Made by a program: the position numbers and the translations under genes
Shown: piece by piece, positions 25,689 through 33,522 of the stretch
Layout of the letters: each line of letters begins with the position of its first letter
How positions within the stretch are numbered: position 1 is the first letter of the stretch
Assembly (NCBI GenBank): GCA_023267195.1
Contig: JAHFNT010000003.1
Span: 77,200-121,967 of the forward strand
Reading direction: 5' to 3'
DNA length: 44,768 bases
Origin: Candidatus Nomurabacteria bacterium
GTDB lineage: Bacteria; Patescibacteriota; Minisyncoccia; Phycocordibacterales; UBA9973
The notes under the pieces: model-generated
Told to the model about the DNA's origin: nothing
What the model saw: the letters and a program-made list of their open reading frames with translations, nothing else
Databases searched by the model: none

Positions 25689-28223
25689 TTATTGTTGTTG
25701 TACTGTAAATGTTACAGTGGTTTCACTGCTATTGTGCACTTTGTCGTAGGAAATAATTTTTAACTCATTTTTATTTTGTAAGTTTTCTAACTCGCTGGGG
25801 ATGAAAGAAAAGTTGAAAAATGGAGTTTCTCTGGTTTCTATATAAATACCATTAATAAAAATATCTATTTTTTCGAGAGGCAATGGTTTCTGGCTGGAAA
25901 TTTTTAAATCTATTTTTTGATTAGGTAAATAATCAGTTGTATTGTTTGGTTCAATGATTGAAACTATAGGTTTATTTGAATCAATATGTATATCATCCTC
26001 GGTGGTGGGTTTTTGATCCCAGGTTATCTCAGGATAATTGTGTTTATTTTGAGTCCACCAAGTCTGGACAGGTGTTTCCCAGTGGTTAAACTGGGAGTCA
26101 CTCTCTGGGTTGGCGGGCACCGGACCAAGAATATCTTTTTTATTTACCCAGTACAAAATAGAGTGCACATTGGTGATTACTTTTTCTTCTAGTGTTTCCT
26201 TGGGAGTGTTTTCTGTCGCCAATTTTCCTGAAATTTTATCTATGAAAAAGTTTTCATTTCCTTGCCAAAATCCGCGCAAGACAGGCTTGAGAGTAGTGGG
26301 GTCGGTTTCTAAATCAGGTTTTTCAAAATTTTCATTAGGGAGATTTTTGAGCGCCTCGTTCATAAATTTATTCCAAATCGGTCCAGCCATTGCCGCTCCG
26401 CCCTTTTTCATTGGGGTATTTTCATTATTACCGGCCCAGACCCCAACTACAATCGAGGGAGTATAACCTATGGTCCAAGCATCTTTGTTGCTGTTGGTCG
26501 TACCTGTTTTTACTGCAACATTTCTGTCTCCAAAATATAAGACGGAGTGAATGCCGAAAGTCGGCTCTCGGGATACTTCATCCGATAAAATATCCGAAAT
26601 GGTCAGCGCTGTATTCTTGGGCAGAACTTCTTGCGGGTTGGCTTGAAATTCTTCGAGGATATTTCCATTTAAATCTTCAACTTTTAAAATTCCAGTATAG
26701 GGATTTCTGGAGCCATTATTAGCAAAAACCCCATAGGCAGAAGTCATATCAAGGAGAGATACTTCTCCGCCCCCTATGACCAAAGTAAGACCATATCTAT
26801 TGATATCACCTAGAGTGCTGATACCCATATTTTCAGCTGTTCTCAATGATTCAGGTAGTCCAGCCAGATAAAAAAGTTTTACCGCCGGAATGTTAATGGA
26901 TTGAGCCAAAGCATTCCGAAGCGAAATCGGCCCGCGGTATGCCCCATCATAATTTTTAGGCATATAGCAATCTTCTTGATTGTGTCCCGGCAGAGCCTTG
27001 CCAGAAGCATCGCAGGTTGTTTGAAATTCTGTTGGCAGGTCAAAGAGTACTGTTTCGGGTGTAAAGCCCTCATTGAAGGCTGTAGCGTAAATAAATGGCT
27101 TAAAAGATGAACCAGGCTGTCTGGTGGCGGTAGCTATATTAAAATTTCCATCAATTGCTTTATCAAAATAATCTCTCGATCCAACCATGGTTAAAATTTG
27201 GCCAGTTTTGGGATCTATTGCCACCAACCCGGCATTTTTTCCATTCCAATCTTTTTCATTTTTTAGCGCCCCCTCTTTTACTATTTGTTCCGCTTTAGCT
27301 TCTAGGTCGGCATCAAGCGTGGTGGTAACTTTCAACCCCCCGTTTTCAACCATTTCTGCGCCATATTTTTGTTCTAAATAGTCTTTAATGAAAAAAACGA
27401 AATGAGGAGCCTTGATGCCAAAAGTCGCCTGTGGAACAAAATTTACAACCTCCTTTTTGGCTTGATCATGTTCTTCTTTGGTAATGAACTTTAGTTCTAG
27501 CATTCTAGCCAGCACCAAATTTTTTCTTGCTTCCAATTTATCTTTATTTTTCCCATAAGGGGAGAGTACAGTAGGAGATTGTGGTATGGAGGCTAGATAC
27601 GCCGCCTCTGCCAAAGTCAGGCTCTCCGCATTTTTGTTAAAATAATTTTTACTGGCAGCCCCTATTCCATAAATACTTCCTCCATATGGAATTTCATTTA
27701 AATATGCTTCTAAAATTTTTTCTTTAGGCAGGGAGCTATCTATTTTCACCGCCAAAACCCATTCTTTTATTTTTCTTACATATCTAGCCAGACCACTGCT
27801 CGGTGTGAGCAGAGTATTTTTTACTAATTGCTGGGTGATGGTAGAGCCACCACCACCAATGCCGACACCAAATAAATTGGAGAGAACCGCTCTTAAAGTG
27901 GAAGTCACCCGTATTCCGCTGTGATTATAAAATTCAGAATCTTCTATGGCCACGGTGGCATTTTTTATATTCACCCCCATCTGCTCAAAAGGAATATTGG
28001 TTCTTTTTATGTTTTGGTGTATATCATAGAGCAAAATTTCTCCTGTACGGTCATAAATTTGGGTAGAATTCACCACCTTTCTGTTTTCAAAAGAGTGAAA
28101 ATCTGGAATTCGCAAAGAAGAAAACCAAAAAATGACCACCCCGGATGTAAAAATAAAAATACCCGCGAAAAGCAGTATTAGGTTTTTGAATAATCTTTTG
28201 TTTCGTAAAATTCTAAGCACCAT
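25689..28223 (-). CDS. Class A penicillin-binding protein (transglycosylase/transpeptidase) with C-terminal Ig-like domain
   Basis: EDSEFYNHSG, GGSTITQQLVKN, RKIKE; SSFK, SIN and KTGT motifs. Confidence 0.95.
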   Translation of the reverse strand: MVLRILRNKRLFKNLILLFAGIFIFTSGVVIFWFSSLRIPDFHSFENRKVVNSTQIYDRTGEILLYDIHQNIKRTNIPFEQMGVNIKNATVAIEDSEFYNHSGIRVTSTLRAVLSNLFGVGIGGGGSTITQQLVKNTLLTPSSGLARYVRKIKEWVLAVKIDSSLPKEKILEAYLNEIPYGGSIYGIGAASKNYFNKNAESLTLAEAAYLASIPQSPTVLSPYGKNKDKLEARKNLVLARMLELKFITKEEHDQAKKEVVNFVPQATFGIKAPHFVFFIKDYLEQKYGAEMVENGGLKVTTTLDADLEAKAEQIVKEGALKNEKDWNGKNAGLVAIDPKTGQILTMVGSRDYFDKAIDGNFNIATATRQPGSSFKPFIYATAFNEGFTPETVLFDLPTEFQTTCDASGKALPGHNQEDCYMPKNYDGAYRGPISLRNALAQSINIPAVKLFYLAGLPESLRTAENMGISTLGDINRYGLTLVIGGGEVSLLDMTSAYGVFANNGSRNPYTGILKVEDLNGNILEEFQANPQEVLPKNTALTISDILSDEVSREPTFGIHSVLYFGDRNVAVKTGTTNSNKDAWTIGYTPSIVVGVWAGNNENTPMKKGGAAMAGPIWNKFMNEALKNLPNENFEKPDLETDPTTLKPVLRGFWQGNENFFIDKISGKLATENTPKETLEEKVITNVHSILYWVNKKDILGPVPANPESDSQFNHWETPVQTWWTQNKHNYPEITWDQKPTTEDDIHIDSNKPIVSIIEPNNTTDYLPNQKIDLKISSQKPLPLEKIDIFINGIYIETRETPFFNFSFIPSELENLQNKNELKIISYDKVHNSSETTVTFTVQQQ

Positions 28224-28259
28224 TCGAATTATAGCAAAAAATGTGATATTATTCGAGTT

Positions 28260-29459
28260 ATGAAAGTAATAACCGATAGAAAATTAATTGATGAGGTGGT
28301 GGAGATCGGGGTGGATGAAATTATTGAAAAAGACCATTTTATCAACGCTCTAAAATCGGGGCGCCGCCTAAATATTAAATTTGGCATTGATCCGACCATG
28401 CCAGACTTGCATTTGGGGCACAGTGTCCCGCTCCGGAAGCTTCGCGCCTTTCAAGACCTTGGGCACCAGGCAATACTGGTGATTGGTGATGCCACGGCCA
28501 TGATCGGAGACCCATCTGGCCGATCAGAAACCAGAAAAGTTCTAAGCAGTCAGGAAGTGAAGAAAAATATGAAGAATTACTTGAAGCAAGCTGGAAAAAT
28601 TTTAGATATAAAAAATGCCAAGGTGGTTTACAACAGCAAATGGTTCAGCCACAACATGGTGACGATACTTGAATTATCCAAGGCTGGGACGGTACAGCAA
28701 ATTTTACACAGATCCGATTTTAAGAAAAGAATAGATGATGATCAAGACATCACTCTCCTCGAAACTCTTTATCCTCTTCTGCAGGGATATGACTCGGTGG
28801 TAATCAAGGCGGATTTAGAAATAGGAGGGACAGATCAGAAATTTAATTTGTTGACTGGCCGAAGAGTGCAGAGGCATTTTAAAATGCCCGAACAAGATGT
28901 CTTGACCCTGCCTCTCCTCGAAGGTACTGATGGGGTTAAAAAAATGAGTAAGAGTTATGGCAATTTTATTGCCCTAGATGAAAAGCCCGCGGAGATGTAC
29001 GGTAAAATTATGTCCTTGCCGGATGCACTTATTGTTAAATATTTTAATCTGTGCACGAATATTCCCGCCGAAGAAGTTTCTCAAATAAAAACCGCCATGG
29101 ACACTCAAACTTTAAATCCAAAAGAAGCCAAAATGCGTCTGGCGCGGGAGATAGTGAAAATTTACCACGGCGAGAAAAAGGCCGAGGTTGCCGAAAAGAT
29201 TTTTATCAGTACTTTTCAAAAAAAGGAAATTCCAGAAAAAATGGAAGAAGTTAAAGCTCATACTGGCGAATTGTTGAGTGAAGTTCTGGTTCAAAACAAA
29301 GTTTTAGCTTCAAAAGGGGAATGGAAAAGATTGGTTTTAGGAAATGCGATCCATGCTTTAGACAAGCATCAAAACATAACGGATCAAAATCTAAAAGTTA
29401 CAGAAGGTCTAACGCTAAAGATTGGCAAGAAAAGATTTCTGAAAGTGTTACTAAAATAA
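28260..29459 (+). CDS. tyrS: Tyrosine-tRNA ligase
   Basis: GIDPTMPDLHLGH, GGTDQKFN, KMSKS, S4-like C-terminus. Confidence 0.97.
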   Translation: MKVITDRKLIDEVVEIGVDEIIEKDHFINALKSGRRLNIKFGIDPTMPDLHLGHSVPLRKLRAFQDLGHQAILVIGDATAMIGDPSGRSETRKVLSSQEVKKNMKNYLKQAGKILDIKNAKVVYNSKWFSHNMVTILELSKAGTVQQILHRSDFKKRIDDDQDITLLETLYPLLQGYDSVVIKADLEIGGTDQKFNLLTGRRVQRHFKMPEQDVLTLPLLEGTDGVKKMSKSYGNFIALDEKPAEMYGKIMSLPDALIVKYFNLCTNIPAEEVSQIKTAMDTQTLNPKEAKMRLAREIVKIYHGEKKAEVAEKIFISTFQKKEIPEKMEEVKAHTGELLSEVLVQNKVLASKGEWKRLVLGNAIHALDKHQNITDQNLKVTEGLTLKIGKKRFLKVLLK

Positions 29460-29495
29460 AAACACCCCAATATCATACCGGGGTGTTTTTATTTT
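29453..29495. terminator. Bidirectional intrinsic terminator
   Basis: aaaataaaaacacccc...ggggtgtttttatttt perfect 16-bp inverted repeat between convergent ORFs. Confidence 0.85.
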
Positions 29496-29500
29496 AATTT

Positions 29501-29635
29501 TTACCTATCCAAATGTCCTTCTTCGTCCTCACTTTCATCATCTAGCCCTAAGTCTAAATCATTGGGGGCGTCCAAATCCGAGTCATCATCGCCCATTCCA
29601 AAACCATCTTGTATTTCTTCTTCGTCGTAACTCAT
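29501..29635 (-). CDS. 44-aa highly acidic microprotein (not in the ORF track)
   Basis: MSYDEEEIQDGFGMGDDDSDLDAPNDLDLGLDDESEDEEGHLDR*; ends at the shared terminator. Confidence 0.65.
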   Translation of the reverse strand: MSYDEEEIQDGFGMGDDDSDLDAPNDLDLGLDDESEDEEGHLDR

Positions 29636-29726
29636 ATAAAAAATAAATATTTTTTATTAGAAACCCTATTAATGCCTCCTTTGTATCAAAATCTAAAAAG
29701 CTTGGCAATAGCAAAATTACCTAAAA

Positions 29727-29735
29727 TGTGGATAA
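29727..29735 (-). promoter_or_regulatory. Perfect DnaA box
   Basis: TGTGGATAA = reverse complement of TTATCCACA. Confidence 0.6.
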
Positions 29736-29759
29736 CCCTTCGACAAGCTCAGGGCAGGC
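29736..29759. repeat. Family B short REP-like element, intergenic
   Basis: cccttcgacaagctcagggcaggc; its reverse complement resembles the uvrB insert. Confidence 0.7.
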
Positions 29760-29760
29760 T

Positions 29761-30249
29761 TTATCGTAAGTGTGCGAAAGCAGTGAGCGCTATAGCAATC
29801 GCATCTAATTCATCATCCGATTGTTTTTTTGCGTCTACTTTTACTAAAAGTTTTACCATTTTTATTATTTGGGTTTTGTCTGATCGGCCGTAGCCTGTCG
29901 TCGCTATTTTTATTTGGGGAGGGGAAGCCTCAAAAATCTTTAAGCCAGCTTTTGCTGCCTCATATACTACCACTCCGCGCGCTTCAGCGACTTGCATGAC
30001 CGTCTTGTGGTTGGTATTTAAAAATAAAGTTTCAATCGAAAGAATTTCTGGTTTGTATTCTTTAATTATTTTTTTTACCTCTTCCCCAATTAATTTTAGG
30101 CGTTCTGAAAATTCTAATTTAGCAGAAGTGTTAAAACACTCCGAAAAAATTACTTGTTCCTTGCCCCGCGAAGCTTTAGCGAAGTGAGGTTTTTCAAGTA
30201 TTGCGATTCCCAACCTTTCATATCCCGGATCGATTCCCAAAATTCGCAT
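29761..30249 (-). CDS. ruvC: Holliday junction resolvase RuvC
   Basis: ILGIDPG, IETLF, AEARGVV, DDELDAIAIAL. Confidence 0.95.
   Translation of the reverse strand: MRILGIDPGYERLGIAILEKPHFAKASRGKEQVIFSECFNTSAKLEFSERLKLIGEEVKKIIKEYKPEILSIETLFLNTNHKTVMQVAEARGVVVYEAAKAGLKIFEASPPQIKIATTGYGRSDKTQIIKMVKLLVKVDAKKQSDDELDAIAIALTAFAHLR
30164..30189. repeat. Short palindrome-like element in frame in ruvC
   Basis: ccccgcgaagctttagcgaagtgagg; encodes PHFAKASRG in the loop after the second beta strand. Confidence 0.6.
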
Positions 30250-30271
30250 AAAACTATTTTAGCATTTTTAT

Positions 30272-30348
30272 TCCCCTCTTGAGGGGTGGCGCTTGCGCCG
30301 GGGTGGAAGAACCTCACCCCAGCCCTCTCCTGGCAAGGAGAGGGGGAG
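30272..30348. repeat. Intergenic doublet of family A REP-like palindromes
   Basis: cccctc-tt-gagggg-tggcgcttgcgccggggtgg and aacctcaccccagccctctcct-ggca-aggagaggg. Confidence 0.88.
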
Positions 30349-30349
30349 C

Positions 30350-31393
30350 TCAAATTAATTTATTTTGTAAACTAGCTGGAACATCAAACCCTAAATGCTC
30401 ATAAGCCTTATTAGTAGCTACGCGTCCACGCGGGGAGCGTTCGAGGAGGCCGAGCTGGATCAAGTAAGGTTCAATCACTTCTTCGACGGTTGCTTCTTCT
30501 TCGGACATGGCGGCCGCCATAGTCTTGAGACCAACAGGTCCGCCGTTAAATTTTTCAATCAAGATTTCCAAAAATTTACGATCCGATTGATTCAAGCCAA
30601 TTTCATCGATCGCGAGCATGTTGAGCGCATCTTTGACCGTTTTTAAATCTAAACTTTTTTTATGCACCTGCGCAAAATCTCGACAACGCTTTAAAAAATA
30701 ATTAGCCGTGCGCGGAGTGAAGCGGCTGCGTTTCGCGATTTCTTTCAGAGCATCATTTTCTAATTCTGTTTTTAAAAGTTTACTAGATCTTTCGATGATT
30801 TTGGCAATTTCTTCGTTGGAATAAAATTCCAAACGAAAAACCCCACCAGAAAAACGTGAGCGAAGCGGAGAGGAGACCATGGCGACGCGCGTGGTGGCGG
30901 CGATCAAGGTAAACGGTGGTAGATCGAGCTGGATCGTGCGCGCCGAAGGACCTTTGCCGATGATTATATCTAAAACTCCAGACTCCATCGCTGGATATAA
31001 AATTTCTTCTACCATTTTATTTAAGCGATGAATTTCGTCGATGAAAAGGATGTCTCCCGAGGCAAGATTGGTCAAAATAGAAGCCAAATCACCCACTTTT
31101 TCAATCGCTGGGCCGGAAGTAATCTTCATTTGTCGGCCAGTTTCTTTGGCGATCAGATGCGCCAAAGTAGTTTTTCCTAGTCCAGGGGGGCCGTAAAAGA
31201 GGATGTGCTCCGGGATGTGTCCGCGCCCTTCGGCAGCCTGTAATAGTATTTTAACGTTGTCTTTTATGTGTTTTTGGCCAATATACTCGTCCCAATGGGT
31301 TGGACGCAGGGTTTGATCTAAAAAGGAGTCATCAGAAACAACTCCTTTTTCCGAGCTTGAATTATCTATTTCGTTTGTTTTTTTGCTTGACAT
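30350..31393 (-). CDS. ruvB: Holliday junction branch-migration helicase RuvB
   Basis: LRP..WDEYIGQ, GPPGLGKTTLA, FIDEIHRL, GGPVGL, EPYLIQ.G.LERSPRGR. Confidence 0.98.
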   Translation of the reverse strand: MSSKKTNEIDNSSSEKGVVSDDSFLDQTLRPTHWDEYIGQKHIKDNVKILLQAAEGRGHIPEHILFYGPPGLGKTTLAHLIAKETGRQMKITSGPAIEKVGDLASILTNLASGDILFIDEIHRLNKMVEEILYPAMESGVLDIIIGKGPSARTIQLDLPPFTLIAATTRVAMVSSPLRSRFSGGVFRLEFYSNEEIAKIIERSSKLLKTELENDALKEIAKRSRFTPRTANYFLKRCRDFAQVHKKSLDLKTVKDALNMLAIDEIGLNQSDRKFLEILIEKFNGGPVGLKTMAAAMSEEEATVEEVIEPYLIQLGLLERSPRGRVATNKAYEHLGFDVPASLQNKLI

Positions 31394-31415
31394 TGATTTT
31401 ATATTATGCTATACT
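31387..31415 (+). promoter_or_regulatory. Near-consensus sigma70 promoter firing rightwards
   Basis: TTGACA (31387-92)-17 bp-TATACT (31410-15), with extended -10 TG. Confidence 0.75.
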
Positions 31416-31538
31416 GGGGAAGTATTGTGAAAGTAAGGCTTTTATTAACACAGTATACACATAGCTATACACATTATAGCATTTGCGTTCTTTTACATAT
31501 AGTATAATCTTCCCAGTGTGTTTTTTGGGGAGATTTAT

Positions 31539-31693
31539 AAGAAGGCATTAATCTCTAAGCAATCAGCCATCGGTTATACGAATTTGCGTAGGACGTTCTG
31601 GTTCTATTTATAGACCACTGGAACTATCCTATAATATTTTGTTACTCTCGGGGCCCAGCCCTGAAAGGATTGTTTAGAGATTAATGCTTTTTT
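31539..31693 (+). ncRNA. Candidate structured ncRNA (6S-like rod with central bubble)
   Basis: ~26-bp closing stem aagaaggcattaatctctaagcaatc / gattgtttagagattaatgctttttt, internal stem 31589-31631, U-tract at the end; identity and strand unproven. Confidence 0.45.
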
Positions 31694-31717
31694 CTTTTGG
31701 AGTGTTATAATTTAGGA

Positions 31718-33505
31718 ATGATTCAACCAAAAGAGAAAAAAATAAAAAATATATTACCAATTTATTTTTTATTCGTTTTGAGTTTGCTAATTTTTTCTGG
31801 AGCTTCCTCGGCGGAAGCGATGGAAGTTGGAACTCTTTCTTTTAATCCTCTTACTGTGTCTTCTGGTGATACTCTCAATATAATTTTATCTGGGGTATCG
31901 GCTACTATTCCTGACAATACTGTTACTCGCCTCTGGATTGATAAAGATGAAGGTTCTGGCTATTCTGGCGCCAAAGATTTCGGTTCCTGGGTAACTGTCG
32001 GTGATTTAAAGCGCGGGATTAAACGAATCATTAGTTGTAATAAGTCAAAAAATTATACCCCAGGAGAAACGGTCAGTTTGTCTGGAAAATTATTGAAACA
32101 ACAATTATATCTGACCTATGAAGGAACAGGCCAACGCTCCAATACAGTGACCTACACAACCGATTGCCGGGGAGCATCGGAGATTTCCATGAAATTACTC
32201 AAGTTGCTGCCCGACTATACTGCTGGGGGTAAAAAATATACAAATATGGGTGCTTTTAATGCTGATGTTTTTAGTACAAGTAAAGCCGGGCTTACCACTA
32301 ATGTATTTTTTACTTATTATGATTATCGCCAGAATAACAATGGAACTGTTGATTGGTCATATCCTTGTATGGTTGGGTATAGTAAATGTATAAGGCCTAA
32401 CTCGTTATTAAAATCTTACGGAAATAAGACTGGCCGCCGAGTATTTTCTCTTGAAGATCCAATGAACCCTAAAATACAAGAATCTGGAACAATCTGGGAT
32501 ATAGATACGGACAATGATCAATATGGAGATGCGGCAGTTGGTCTGCGAACACGATGGGCCGTAACCAGTGACGATGGCGAATATTCAGCCATTACCAACT
32601 CACAGTATAATCTGTTTGCTCAACAAAAAGGGGGATCTTATCGTTATATTGTAAATGCCAATGGGGGGGAAAGATTGGTTGGAATTATTAAAGCGGGGGC
32701 CAATACTTATTTGATTGGAAAGACGGGAGTTTATAATATGACGAATTTAAAAAATCAACCAATTGTACAAGCTACAGGAGTTAATCGTTTTAGTAGTAAT
32801 CAAAGTTATTTTAAAGATATGCCACCCAATACGCCAAACTCGAAAAATTTCTCTCCAGGAGATGGGGATGAAAATATTGTTTTAGGAGATACTTTTGCCA
32901 GGGTTGTCTTTGGCTATGCTGCCGGAAAAGATAGTACTAATATTCTTCAAACTCCCAAATTGGAAATGTATTCATTTAATCAGAGCTCGCCAGTCATCAG
33001 TTATCCATTGCCATCTTCAGTGCTTGGTGTCGGATTAATGGGGTTAAATTGGTTAAAAACAGGCCTAGTAACCCCAGACGGCAAAAAGTATGTGATTTTA
33101 GGGTCTGATAAAAAAATTTTTATTTACCAAGTTAGTTTAGATGGTAAAACATTTATACCAATTGCGGAGAATTTAACTATACCTAATGTGTCTTTAGTGG
33201 GATCAGCTTATGTTACTTGGCTAGATAGTACTGTTGGAGTGGTGATAAATGGAGAGCCGGCGGTAATGATCTTTAATACAGATAAAGGTACAGTTAATCC
33301 TAAAATTTTTAAATTTTCAGATCTCAAAGAAGGCATCGTAAAAAATGTTCCCGCTCGAGTAGTGGGAGGGGGTATATCTAAAGTTCAAACGGCAGCGGCT
33401 TATATAAAAGGAAACACTACTTATGTGTACACCTCGAGTGGTCCTGGGTATGGCATTGGCGGTAGTAAACAAATCGCTGTTTGGGATTTGTCCGGGGTAC
33501 ACTAA
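31718..33505 (+). CDS. Secreted beta-rich hypothetical protein
   Basis: ATG at 31718 lies 6 nt after TGTTATAAT; signal peptide (...ASSAEA); G/S/T/N/Y-rich. Confidence 0.75.
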   Translation: MIQPKEKKIKNILPIYFLFVLSLLIFSGASSAEAMEVGTLSFNPLTVSSGDTLNIILSGVSATIPDNTVTRLWIDKDEGSGYSGAKDFGSWVTVGDLKRGIKRIISCNKSKNYTPGETVSLSGKLLKQQLYLTYEGTGQRSNTVTYTTDCRGASEISMKLLKLLPDYTAGGKKYTNMGAFNADVFSTSKAGLTTNVFFTYYDYRQNNNGTVDWSYPCMVGYSKCIRPNSLLKSYGNKTGRRVFSLEDPMNPKIQESGTIWDIDTDNDQYGDAAVGLRTRWAVTSDDGEYSAITNSQYNLFAQQKGGSYRYIVNANGGERLVGIIKAGANTYLIGKTGVYNMTNLKNQPIVQATGVNRFSSNQSYFKDMPPNTPNSKNFSPGDGDENIVLGDTFARVVFGYAAGKDSTNILQTPKLEMYSFNQSSPVISYPLPSSVLGVGLMGLNWLKTGLVTPDGKKYVILGSDKKIFIYQVSLDGKTFIPIAENLTIPNVSLVGSAYVTWLDSTVGVVINGEPAVMIFNTDKGTVNPKIFKFSDLKEGIVKNVPARVVGGGISKVQTAAAYIKGNTTYVYTSSGPGYGIGGSKQIAVWDLSGVH

Positions 33506-33522
33506 AATTCAGCTTTGTAGTT

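Noticed and set aside
29609-29893. 94-aa plus-strand ORF containing TLRQAQGRL
   Set aside because: Overlaps ruvC antisense and the acidic ORF; the peptide is just the family B repeat read in frame.
30150-30353. 67-aa minus-strand ORF between ruvB and ruvC
   Set aside because: Made of the REP doublet plus out-of-frame ruvC sequence.
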